Positions 1 to 12,834 of a stretch of 64,000 nucleotides of DNA are shown here, in pieces; within the stretch, counting starts at the first letter, position 1; each line of letters starts with the position of its first letter. The stretch lies in contig NC_092675.1 in assembly GCF_964355755.1 (NCBI RefSeq), positions 13,488,912 to 13,552,911 on the forward strand, given 5' to 3'. The DNA comes from Antedon mediterranea. Lineage: Eukaryota; Animalia; Echinodermata. The position numbers and the translations under genes are program-made. The notes below the pieces were generated by a model. It saw only the letters and a program-made list of their open reading frames with translations, was not told the origin of the DNA and did not search any database.

Positions 1-10
1 AGACATTTTA

Positions 11-98
11 GACCATTTTGTGATTTTCGAAAAAACTTGTTAACATAAAAACACGAAAGTGCTTAGAATATCTTCAAATCGCATTTGGAAACGTTTTA
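11..98. repeat. Example class A monomer (88 bp)
   Basis: Consensus GACCATTTTGTGATTTTCGAAAAAACTTGTTAACATAAAAACAC(C/G)AAAGTGCTTAGAATAGCTTCAAATC(G/A)CATTTGGA(G/A)ACGTTTTA; occurs in runs of 1 to ~10. Confidence 0.95.
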
Positions 99-350
99 GA
101 CCATTTTGTGATTTTCGAAAAAAATTGTTAACATAAAAACACCAAAGTGCTTAGAATCACATTATAAACCGTTTTAGACCATTTTGAGCATTTCGATAAC
201 AATTTTCACACAAAAACATCAAAGAGCACAAAATAGCTTAATATCGTATTTAAAAATGTTTTAGACCATTTTGAGCATTTAGATAAGACTTTTTCACACA
301 AAACACCAAAGTCCTTAGAATAGCTTCAAATCGCATTTGGAGACGTTTTA
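99..350. repeat. Example 252-bp D-B-C trimer (78+87+87 bp)
   Basis: D 99-176 ends ...GAATCACATTATAAACCG (lacks 10 bp); B 177-263 carries AAAGAGCACAAAATAGCTTAATATCGTATTTAAAAA; C 264-350 carries CTTTTTCACACAAAACACC. The trimer recurs across the window. Confidence 0.95.
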
Positions 351-952
351 GACCATTTTGTGATTTTTTAAAAAACTTGTTAACATAAAAACACCAAAGT
401 GCTTAGAATAGCTTCAAATCACATTTGGAGACGTTTTAGACCATTTTGTGATTTTCGAAAAAACTTTTTAACATAAAAACACCAAAGTGCTTAGAATAGC
501 TTCAAATCACATTTGGAGACGTTTTAGACCATTTTGTGATTTTTGAAAAAGATTGTTAACATAAAAACACCAAAGTGCTTAGAATCACATTATAAACCGT
601 TTTAGACCATTTTGAGCATTTCGATAACAATTTTCACACAAAAACATCAAAGAGCACAAAATAGCTTAATATCGTATTTAAAAATGTTTTAGACCATTTT
701 GAGCATTTAGATAAAACTTTTTCACACAAAACACCAAAGTGCTTAGAATAGCTTCAAATCGCATTTGGAGACGGTTTAGACCATTTTGTGATTTTGAAAA
801 AACTTGTTAACATAAAACACCAAAGTGCTTAGAATAGCTTCAAATCGCATTTGGAGACGTTTTAGACCATTTTGTGATTTTCGAAAAAACTTGTTAACAT
901 AAAAACACCAAAGTGCTTAGAATAGCTTCAAATCGTATTTGGAGACGTTTTA

Positions 953-2312
953 GACCATTTTGAGATTTTCGAAAAAACTTGGTTACACAAAAACATCAAA
1001 GTGCTTAAAATCACATTATAAACCGTTTTAGACCATTTTGAGCATTTCGATAACACTTTTCACACAAAAACATCAAAGAGCACAAAATAGCTTAATATCG
1101 TATTTAAAAACGTTTTAGACCATTTTGAGCATTTCGACAAAACTTTTTCACACAAAACACCAAAGTGCTTAGAATAGCTTCAAATCGCATTTGGAGACGT
1201 TTTAGACCAATTTGTGCATTTCAATGAAACTTGATTACACAAAAACATCAAAGTGCTTAAAATCACATTATAAACCGTTTTAGACCATTTTGAGCATTTC
1301 GATAACACTTTTCACACAAAAACATCAAAGAGCACAAAATAGCTTAATATCGTATTTAAAAACGTTTTAGACCATTTTGAGCATTTAGACAAAACTTTTT
1401 CACACAAAAAACCAAAGTGCTTAGAATAGCTTCAAATCGCAATTGGAGACGTTTTAGACCATTTTGTGCATTTCGATGGAACTTGGTTACACAAAAACAT
1501 CAAAGTGCTTAAAATCACATTATAAATCGTTTTAGACCATTTTGAGCATTTCGACAAAACTTTTTCACACAAAATACAAAAGTGCTTAGAATAGCTTCAA
1601 ATCGCATTTGGAGACGTTTTAGACCATTTTGTGATTTTCGAAAAAAATTTTTAAAATAAAAACACCAAAGTGCTTAGAATAGCTTCAAATCACATTTGGA
1701 GACGTTTTAGACCATTTTGTGATTTTCGAAAAAACTTGTTAACATAAAAACACGAAAGTGCTTAGAATAGCTTCAAATCGCATTTAGAAACGTTTTAGAC
1801 CATTTTGTGATTTTCGAAAAAAATTGTTAACATAAAAACACCAAAGTGCTTAGAATCACATTATAAACCGTTTTAGACCATTTTGAGCATTTCGATAACA
1901 ATTTTCACACAAAAACATCAAAGAGCACAAAATAGCTTAATATCGTATTTAAAAATGTTTTAGACCATTTTGAGCATTTAGATAAAACTTTTTCACACAA
2001 AACACCAAAGTGCTTAGAATAGCTTCAAATCGCATTTGGAGACGTTTTAGACCAATTTGTGATTTTTGAAAAAACTTGTTAACATAAAAACACCAAAGTG
2101 CTTAGAATAGCTTCAAATCACATTTGGAGACGTTTTAGACCATTTTGTGATTTTGAACAAACTTGTTAACATAAAAACACCAAAGTGCTTAGAATAGCTT
2201 CAAATCGCATTTGGAGACGTTTTAGACCATTTTGTGATTTTCGAAAAAACTTGTTAACATAAAAACACCAAAGTGCTTAGAATAGCTTCAAATCGTATTT
2301 GGAGACGTTTTA
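953..2312. repeat. Example HOR unit (1360 bp, 16 monomers): D2-B-C-D3-B-C-D4-C-A-A-D1-B-C-A-A-A
   Basis: The D2 monomer (GACCATTTTGAGATTTTCG...CTTGGTTACAC) starts at 953 and again at 2313; the same monomer order with position-specific variants recurs through the window. Confidence 0.9.
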
Positions 2313-5300
2313 GACCATTTTGAGATTTTCGAAAAAACTTGGTTACACAAAAACATCAAAGTGCTTAAAATCACATTATAAACCGTTTTAGACCATTTTG
2401 AGCATTTCGATAACACTTTTCACACAAAAACATCAAAGAGCACAAAATAGCTTAATATCGTATTTAAAAACGTTTTAGACCATTTTGAGCATTTCGACAA
2501 AACTTTTTCACACAAAACACCAAAGTGCTTAGAATAGCTTCAAATCGCATTTGGAGACGTTTTAGACCAATTTGTGCATTTCGATGAAACTTGATTACAC
2601 AAAAACATCAAAGTGCTTAAAATCACATTATAAACCGTTTTAGACCATTTTGAGCATTTCGATAACACTTTTCACACAAAAACATCAAAGAGCACAAAAT
2701 AGCTTAATATCGTATTTAAAAACGTTTTAGACCATTTTGAGCATTTAGACAAAACTTTTTCACACAAAACACCAAAGTGCTTAGAATAGCTTCAAATCGC
2801 ATTTGGAGACGTTTTAGACCATTTTGTGCATTTCGATGAAACTTGGTTACACAAAAACATCAAAGTGCTTAAAATCACATTATAAATCGTTTTAGACCAT
2901 TTTGAGCATTTCGACAAAACTTTTTCACACAAAATACCAAAGTGCTTAGAATAGCTTCAAATCGCATTTCGAGACGTTCTAGACCATTTTGTGATTTTCG
3001 AAAAAACTTTTTAACATAAAAACACCAAAGTGCTTAGAATAGCTTCAAATCACATTTGGAGACATTTTAGACCATTTTGTGATTTTCGAAAAAACTTGTT
3101 AACATAAAAACACGAAAGTGCTTAGAATAGCTTCAAATCGCATTTGGAGACGTTTTAGACCATTTTGTGATTTTCGAAAAAACTTGTTAACATAAAAACA
3201 CGAAAGTGCTTAGAATAGCTTCAAATCACATTTGGAGACGTTTTAGACCATTTTGTGATTTTTGAAAAAACTTGTTAACATAAAAACACGAAAGTGCTTA
3301 GAACAGCTTCAAATCGCATTTGGAAACGTTTTAGACCAATTTGTGCATTTCGATGAAACTTGATTACACAAAAACATCAAAGTGCTTAAAATCACATTAT
3401 AAACCGTTTTAGACCATTTTGAGCATTTCGATAACACTTTTCACACAAAAACATTAAAGAGCACAAAATAGCTTAATATCGTATTTAAAAACGTTTTAGA
3501 CCATTTTGAGCATTTAGACAAAACTTTTTCACACAAAACACCAAAGTGCTTAGAATAGCTTCAAATCGCATTTGGAGACGTTTTAGACCATTTTGTGCAT
3601 TTCGATGAAACTTGGTTACACAAAAACATCAAAGTGCTTAAAATCACATTATAAATCGTTTTAGACCATTTTGAGCATTTCGACAAAACTTTTTCACACA
3701 AAACACCAAAGTGCTTAGAATAGCTTCAAATCGCATTTGGAGACGTTTTAGACCAATTTGTGATTTTTGAAAAAACTTGTTAACATAAAAACACCAAAGT
3801 GTTTAGAATAGCTTCAAATCGCATTTGGAGACGTTTTAGACCAATTTGTGATTTTCGAAAAAACTTATCAACATAAAAACACCAAAGGGTTTAGAATAGC
3901 TTCAAATCGCATTTGGAGACGTTTTAGACCATTTTGTGATTTTGAAAAAACTTGTTAACATAAAAACACGAAAGTGCTTAGAATAGCTTCAAATCGCATT
4001 TGGAGACGTTTTAGACCATTTTGTGATTTTCGAAAAAACTTGTTAACATAAAAACACGAAAGTGCTTAGAATAGCTTCAAATCACATTTGGAGACGTTTT
4101 AGACCATTTTGTGATTTTTGAAAAAACTTGTTAACATAAAAACACGAAAGTGCTTAGAATAGCTTCAAATCGCATTTGGAAACGTTTTAGACCAATTTGT
4201 GCATTTCGATGAAACTTGATTACACAAAAACATCAAAGTGCTTAAAATCACATTATAAACCGTTTTAGACCATTTTGAGCATTTCGATAACACTTTTCAC
4301 ACAAAAACATTAAAGAGCACAAAATAGCTTAATATCGTATTTAAAAACGTTTTAGACCATTTTGAGCATTTAGACAAAACTTTTTCACACAAAACACCAA
4401 AGTGCTTAGAATAGCTTCAAATCGCATTTGGAGACGTTTTAGACCATTTTGTGCATTTCGATGAAACTTGGTTACACAAAAACATCAAAGTGCTTAAAAT
4501 CACATTATAAATCGTTTTAGACCATTTTGAGCATTTCGACAAAACTTTTTCACACAAAATACCAAAGTGCTTAGAATAGCTTCAAATCGCATTTCGAGAC
4601 GTTTTAGACCATTTTGTGATTTTCGAAAAAACTTTTTAACATAAAAACACCAAAGTGCTTAGAATAGCTTCAAATCACATTTGGAGACATTTTAGACCAT
4701 TTTGTGATTTTCAAAAAAACTTGTTAACATAAAAACACGAAAGTTCTTAGAATCACATTATAAACCGTTTTAGACCATTTTGAGCATTTCGATAACAATT
4801 TTCACACAAAAACATCAAAGAGCACAAAATAGCTTAATATCGTATTTAAAAATGTTTTAGACCATTTTGAGCATTTAGATAAAACTTTTTCACACAAAAC
4901 ACCAAAGTGCTTAGAATAGCTTCAAATCGCATTTGGAGACGTTTTAGACCATTTTGTGATTTTTGAAAAAACTTGTTAACATAAAAACACCAAAGTGCTT
5001 AGAATAGCTTCAAATCACATTTTGATACGTTTTAGCCCATTTTGTGATTTTCGAAAAAACTTGTTAACATAAAAACACGAAAGTGCTTAGAATAGCTTCA
5101 AATCACATTTGGAGACGTTTTAGACCATTTTGTGATTTTTGAAAAAACTTGTTAACATAAAAACACGAAAGTGCTTAGAATAGCTTCAAATCGCATTTGG
5201 AAACGTTTTAGACCATTTTGTGATTTTCGAAAAAGATTGTTAACATAAAAACACCAAAGTGCTTAGAATCACATTATAAACCGTTTTAGACCATTTTGAG

Positions 5301-6795
5301 CATTTCGATAACAATTTTCACACAAAAACATCAAAGAGCACAAAATAGCTTAATATCGTATTTAAAAATGTTTTAGACCATTTTGAGCATTTAGATCAAA
5401 CTTTTTCACACAAAACACCAAAGTGCTTAGAATAGCTTCAAATCGCATTTGGAGACGGTTTAGACCATTTTGTGATTTTGAAAAAACTTGTTAACATAAA
5501 AACACCAAAGTGCTTAGAATAGCTTCAAATCGCATTTGGAGACGTTTTAGACCATTTTGTGATTTTCGAAAAAACTTGTTAACATAAAAACACCAAAGTG
5601 CTTAGAATAGCTTCAAATCGTATTTGGAGACGTTTTAGACCATTTTGAGATTTTCGAAAAAACTTGGTTACACAAAAACATCAAAGTGCTTAAAATCACA
5701 TTATAAACCGTTTTAGACCATTTTGAGCATTTCGATAACACTTTTCACACAAAAACATTAAAGAGCACAAAATAGCTTAATATCGTATTTAAAAACGTTT
5801 TAGACCATTTTGAGCATTTCGACAAAACTTTTTCACACAAAACACCAAAGTGCTTCAAATCGCATTTGGAGACGTTTTAGACCAATTTGTGCATTTCGAT
5901 GAAACTTGATTACACAAAAACATCAAAGTGCTTAAAATCACATTATAAACCGTTTTAGACCATTTTGAGCATTTCGATAACACTTTTCACACAAAAACAT
6001 CAAAGAGCACAAAATAGCTTAATATCGTATTTAAAAACGTTTTAGACCATTTTGAGCATTTAGACAAAACTTTTTCACACAAAACACCAAAGTGCTTAGA
6101 ATAGCTTCAAATCGCATTTGGAGACGTTTTAGACCATTTTGTGCATTTCGATGAAACTTGGTTACACAAAAAAATCAAAGTGCTTAAAATCACATTATAA
6201 ATCGTTTTAGACCATTTTGAGCATTTCGACAAAACTTTTTCACACAAAATACAAAAGTGCTTAGAATAGCTTCAAATCGCATTTGGAGACGTTTTAGACA
6301 ATTTTGTGATTTTCGAAAAAACTTTTTAACATAAAAACACCAAAGTGCTTAGAATAGCTTCAAATCACATTTGGAGACGTTTTAGACCATTTTGTGATTT
6401 TCGAAAAAACTTGTTAACATAAAAACACGAAAGTGCTTAGAATAGCTTCAAATCGCATTTAGAAACGTTTTAGACCATTTTGTGATTTTCGAAAAAAATT
6501 GTTAACATAAAAACACCAAAGTGCTTAGAATCACATTATAAACCGTTTTAGACCATTTTGAGCATTTCGATAACAATTTTCACACAAAAACATCAAAGAG
6601 CACAAAATAGCTTAATATCGTATTTAAAAATGTTTTAGACCATTTTGAGCATTTAGATAAAACTTTTTCACACAAAACACCAAAGTGCTTAGAATAGCTT
6701 CAAATCGCATTTGGAGACGTTTTAGACCATTTTGTGATTTTTGAAAAAACTTGTTAACATAAAAACACCAAAGTACTTAGAATAGCTTCAAATCA

Positions 6796-9700
6796 CATTT
6801 GGAGACGTTTTAGACCATTTTGTGATTTTCGAAAAAACTTGTTAACATAAAAACACGAAAGTGCTTAGAATAGCTTCAAATCGCATTTGGAAACGTTTTA
6901 GACCATTTTGTGATTTTCGAAAAAACTTGTTAACATAAAAACACGAAAGTGCTTAGAATAGCTTCAAATCGCATTTGGAAACGTTTTAGACCATTTTGTG
7001 ATTTTCGAAAAAACTTGTTAACATAAAAACACGAAAGTGCTTAGAATAGCTTCAAATCGCATTTGGAAACGTTTTAGACCATTTTGTGATTTTCGAAAAA
7101 AATTGTTAACATAAAAACACCAAAGTGTTTAGAATAGCTTCAAATCGCATTTGGAGACGTTTTAGACCAATTTGTGATTTTCGAAAAAACTTATCAACAT
7201 AAAAACACCAAAGGGTTTAGAATAGCTTCAAATCGCATTTGGAGACGTTTTAGACCATTTTGTGATTTTGAAAAAACTTGTTAACATAAAAACACCAAAG
7301 TGCTTAGAATAGCTTCAAATCGCATTTGGAGACGTTTTAGACCATTTTGTGATTTTCGAAAAAACTTGTTAACATAAAAACACCAAAGTGCTTAGAATAG
7401 CTTCAAATCGTATTTGGAGACGTTTTAGACCATTTTGAGATTTTCGAAAAAACTTGGTTACACAAAAACATCAAAGTGCTTAAAATCACATTATAAACCG
7501 TTTTAGACCATTTTGAGCATTTCGATAACACTTTTCACACAAAAACATCAAAGAGCACAAAATAGCTTAATATCGTATTTAAAAACGTTTTAGACCATTT
7601 TGAGCATTTCGACAAAACTTTTTCACACAAAACACCAAAGTGCTTAGAATAGCTTCAAATCGCATTTGGAGACGTTTTAGACCAATTTGTGCATTTCGAT
7701 GAAACTTGATTACACAAAAACATCAAAGTGCTTAAAATCACATTATAAACCGTTTTAGACCATTTTGAGCATTTCGATAACACTTTTCACACAAAAACAT
7801 CAAAGAGCACAAAATAGCTTAATATCGTATTTAAAAACGTTTTAGACCATTTTGAGCATTTAGACAAAACTTTTTCACACAAAACACCAAAGTGCTTAGA
7901 ATAGCTTCAAATCGCATTTGGAGACGTTTTAGACCATTTTGTGCATTTCGATGAAACTTGGTTACACAAAAACATCAAAGTGCTTAAAATCACATTATAA
8001 ATCGTTTTAGACCAGTTTGAGCATTTCGACAAAACTTTTTCACACAAAATACCAAAGTGCTTAGAATAGCTTCAAATCGCATTTCGAGACGTTTTAGACC
8101 ATTTTGTGATTTTCGAAAAAACTTTTTAACATAAAAACACCAAAGTGCTTAGATTAGCTTCAAATCACATTTGGAGACGTTTTAGACCATAAGTGCTTAG
8201 AATCACATTATAAACCGTTTTAGACCATTTTGAGCATTTCGATAACAATTTTCACACAAAAACATCAAAGAGCACAAAATAGCTTAATATCGTATTTAAA
8301 AATGTTTTAGACCATGTTGAGCATTTAGATAAAACTTTTTCACACAAAACACCAAAGTGCTTAGAATAGCTTCAAATCGCATTTGGAGACGTTTTAGACC
8401 ATTTTGTGATTTTTGAAAAAACTTGTTAACATAAAAACGCCAAAGTGCTTAGAATAGCTTCAAATCACATTTGGAGACGTTTTAGACCATTTTGTGATTT
8501 TCGAAAAAACTTGTTAACATAAAAACACCAAAGTGTTTAGAATAGCTTCAAATCGCATTTGGAGACGTTTTAGACCAATTTGTGATTTTCGAAAAAACTT
8601 ATCAACATAAAAACACCAAAGGGTTTAGAATAGCTTCAAATCGCATTTGGAGACGTTTTAGACCATTTTGTGATTTTCGAAAAAACTTGTTAACATAAAA
8701 ACACGAAAGTGCTTAGAATAGCTTCAAATCGCATTTGGAAACGTTTTAGACCATTTTGTGATTTTCGAAAAAACTTGTTAACATAAAAACACGAAAGTGC
8801 TTAGAATAGCTTCAAATCGCATTTGGAAACGTTTTAGACCATTTTGTGATTTTCGAAAAAACTTGTTAACATAAAAACACGAAAGTGCTTAGAATAGCTT
8901 CAAATCGCATTTGGAAACGTTTTAGACCATTTTGTGATTTTCGAAAAAAATTGTTAACATAAAAACACCAAAGTGTTTAGAATAGCTTCAAATCGCATTT
9001 GGAGACGTTTTAGACCAATTTGTGATTTTCGAAAAAACTTATCAACATAAAAACACCAAAGGGTTTAGAATAGCTTCAAATCGCATTTGGAGACGTTTTA
9101 GACCATTTTGTGATTTTGAAAAAACTTGTTAACATAAAAACACCAAAGTGCTTAGAATAGCTTCAAATCGCATTTGGAGACGTTTTAGACCATTTTGTGA
9201 TTTTCGAAAAAACTTGTTAACATAAAAACACCAAAGTGCTTAGAATAGCTTCAAATCGTATTTGGAGACGTTTTAGACCATTTTGAGATTTTCGAAAAAA
9301 CTTGGTTACACAAAAACATCAAAGTGCTTAAAATCACATTATAAACCGTTTTAGACCATTTTGAGCATTTCGATAACACTTTTCACACAAAAACATCAAA
9401 GAGCACAAAATAGCTTAATATCGTATTTAAAAACGTTTTAGACCATTTTGAGCATTTCGACAAAACTTTTTCACACAAAACACCAAAGTGCTTAGAATAG
9501 CTTCAAATCGCATTTGGAGACGTTTTAGACCAATTTGTGCATTTCGATGAAACTTGATTACACAAAAACATCAAAGTGCTTAAAATCACATTATAAACCG
9601 TTTTAGACCATTTTGAGCATTTCGATAACACTTTTCACACAAAAACATCAAAGAGCACAAAATAGCTTAATATCGTATTTAAAAACGTTTTAGACCATTT

Positions 9701-10376
9701 TGAGCATTTAGACAAAACTTTTTCACACAAAACACCAAAGTGCTTAGAATAGCTTCAAATCGCATTTGGAGACGTTTTAGACCATTTTGTGCATTTCGAT
9801 GAAACTTGGTTACACAAAAACATCAAAGTGCTTAAAATCACATTATAAATCGTTTTAGACCAGTTTGAGCATTTCGACAAAACTTTTTCACACAAAATAC
9901 CAAAGTGCTTAGAATAGCTTCAAATCGCATTTCGAGACGTTTTAGACCATTTTGTGATTTTCGAAAAAACTTTTTAACATAAAAACACCAAAGTGCTTAG
10001 ATTAGCTTCAAATCACATTTGGAGACGTTTTAGACCATAAGTGCTTAGAATCACATTATAAACCGTTTTAGACCATTTTGAGCATTTCGATAACAATTTT
10101 CACACAAAAACATCAAAGAGCACAAAATAGCTTAATATCGTATTTAAAAATGTTTTAGACCATGTTGAGCATTTAGATAAAACTTTTTCACACAAAACAC
10201 CAAAGTGCTTAGAATAGCTTCAAATCGCATTTGGAGACGTTTTAGACCATTTTGTGATTTTTGAAAAAACTTGTTAACATAAAAACGCCAAAGTGCTTAG
10301 AATAGCTTCAAATCACATTTGGAGACGTTTTAGACCATTTTGTGATTTTCGAAAAAACTTGTTAACATAAAAACAC
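6796..10376. repeat. Local tandem duplication, period 1848 bp (~1.9 copies)
   Basis: The GACCAT|AAGTGC deletion junction lies at 8,190 and 10,038; ACCAGTTT, AGATTAGC, ACCATGTT and AAACGCC variants recur at the same offset. Confidence 0.85.
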
Positions 10377-12834
10377 GAAAGTGCTTAGAATAGCTTCAAA
10401 TCGCATTTGGAAACGTTTTAGACCATTTTGTGATTTTCGAAAAAACTTGTTAACATAAAAACATGAAAGTGCTTAGAATAGCTTCAAATCGTATTTGGAG
10501 ACGTTTTAGACGATTTTGTGATTTTCGAAAAAACTTTTTAACATAAAAACACCAAAGTGCTTAGAATAGCTTCAAATCGCATTTGGAGACGTTTTAGACC
10601 ATTTTGTGCATTTCGATGAAACTTGGTTACACAAAAACATCAAAGTGCTTAAAATCACATTATAAACCATTTAGACCATTTTGAGCATTTCGATAACACT
10701 TTTCACACAAAAACATCAAAGAGCACAAAATAGCTTAATATCGTATTTAAAAACGTTTTAGACCATTTTGAGCATTTAGACAAAACTTTTTCACACAAAA
10801 CTCCAAAGTGCTTAGAATAGCTTCAAATCGCATTTGGAGACGTTTTAGAACATTTTGTGTTTTTCGAAAAAACCTGTTAACATAAAAACACCAAAGTGCT
10901 TAGAATAGCTTCAAATCGCATTTGGAGACGTTTTAGACCAATTTGTGATTTTCGAAAAAACTTATCAACATAAAAACACCAAAGGGTTTAGAATAGCTTC
11001 AAATCGCATTTGGAGACGTTTTAGACCATTTTGTGATTTTCGAAAAAACTTGTTAACATAAAAACACGAAAGTGCTTAGAATAGCTTCAAATCGCATTTG
11101 GAAACGTTTTAGACCATTTTGTGATTTTCGAAAAAACTTGTTAACATAAAAACATGAAAGTGCTTAGAATAGCTTCAAATCGTATTTGGAGACGTTTTAG
11201 ACGATTTTGTGATTTTCGAAAAAACTTTTTAACATAAAAACACCAAAGTGCTTAGAATAGCTTCAAATCGCATTTGGAGACGTTTTAGACCATTTTGTGC
11301 ATTTCGATGAAACTTGGTTACACAAAAACATCAAAGTGCTTAAAATCACATTATAAACCATTTAGACCATTTTGAGCATTTCGATAACACTTTTCACACA
11401 AAAACATCAAAGAGCACAAAATAGCTTAATATCGTATTTAAAAACGTTTTAGACCATTTTGAGCATTTAGACAAAACTTTTTCACACAAAACACCAAAGT
11501 GCTTAGAATAGCTTCAAATCGCATTTGGAGACGTTTTAGACCATTTTGTGCATTTCGATGAAACTTGGTTACACAAAAACATCAAAGTGCTTAAAATCAC
11601 ATTATAAATCGTTTTAGACCAGTTTGAGCATTTCGACAAAACTTTTTCACACAAAATACCAAAGTGCTTAGAATAGCTTCAAATCGCATTTCGAGACGTT
11701 TTAGACCATTTTGTGATTTTCGAAAAAACTTTTTAACATAAAAACACCAAAGTGCTTAGATTAGCTTCAAATCACATTTGGAGACGTTTTAGACCATAAG
11801 TGCTTAGAATCACATTATAAACCGTTTTAGACCATTTTGAGCATTTCGATAACAATTTTCACACAAAAACATCAAAGAGCACAAAATAGCTTAATATCGT
11901 ATTTAAAAATGTTTTAGACCATGTTGAGCATTTAGATAAAACTTTTTCACACAAAACACCAAAGTGCTTAGAATAGCTTCAAATCGCATTTGGAGACGTT
12001 TTAGACCATTTTGTGATTTTTGAAAAAACTTGTTAACATAAAAACGCCAAAGTGCTTAGAATAGCTTCAAATCACATTTGGAGACGTTTTAGACCATTTT
12101 GTGATTTTCGAAAAAACTTGTTAACATAAAAACACCAAAGTGTTTAGAATAGCTTCAAATCGCATTTGGAGACGTTTTAGACCAATTTGTGATTTTCGAA
12201 AAAACTTATCAACATAAAAACACCAAAGGGTTTAGAATAGCTTCAAATCGCATTTGGAGACGTTTTAGACCATTTTGTGATTTTCGAAAAAACTTGTTAA
12301 CATAAAAACACGAAAGTGCTTAGAATAGCTTCAAATCGCATTTGGAAACGTTTTAGACCATTTTGTGATTTTCGAAAAAACTTGTTAACATAAAAACATG
12401 AAAGTGCTTAGAATAGCTTCAAATCGTATTTGGAGACGTTTTAGACGATTTTGTGATTTTCGAAAAAACTTTTTAACATAAAAACACCAAAGTGCTTAGA
12501 ATAGCTTCAAATCGCATTTGGAGACGTTTTAGACCATTTTGTGCATTTCGATGAAACTTGGTTACACAAAAACATCAAAGTGCTTAAAATCACATTATAA
12601 ACCATTTAGACCATTTTGAGCATTTCGATAACACTTTTCACACAAAAACATCAAAGAGCACAAAATAGCTTAATATCGTATTTAAAAACGTTTTAGACCA
12701 TTTTGAGCATTTAGACAAAACTTTTTCACACAAAACTCCAAAGTGCTTAGAATAGCTTCAAATCGCATTTGGAGACGTTTTAGAACATTTTGTGTTTTTC
12801 GAAAAAACCTGTTAACATAAAAACACCAAAGTGC

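Larger units (their letters stand above)
1..3146. repeat. Block near-identical to ~31,532-34,677 and ~47,497-50,642
   Basis: Rare variants shared at offset 31,531: GAATATCTTC (71/31,602/47,567), GATAAGAC, AGTCCTT, TTCAATG, GACGTTCTAG (2,979/34,510). Confidence 0.88.

Noticed and set aside
6-16. TTTTAG/TTAGA similarity to telomeric repeats
   Set aside because: No tandem TTAGG, TTAGGG or TTTAGGG units and no G-rich strand.
78-97. TCGCATTTGGAAACG resembles a CENP-B box (shares TTGGAAACG)
   Set aside because: It lacks the required TTCG-nnnn-A-nn-CGGG pattern: the spacing is wrong and there is no CGGG.
160-170. TATAAA (TATA-like) motif in every D monomer
   Set aside because: Expected in AT-rich satellite; no downstream gene or transcription evidence.
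171-190. GTTTTAGA... resembles the start of type II-A CRISPR repeats at CRISPR-like spacing
   Set aside because: The intervening sequences are homologous repeats rather than unique spacers, and there are no cas genes or leader.
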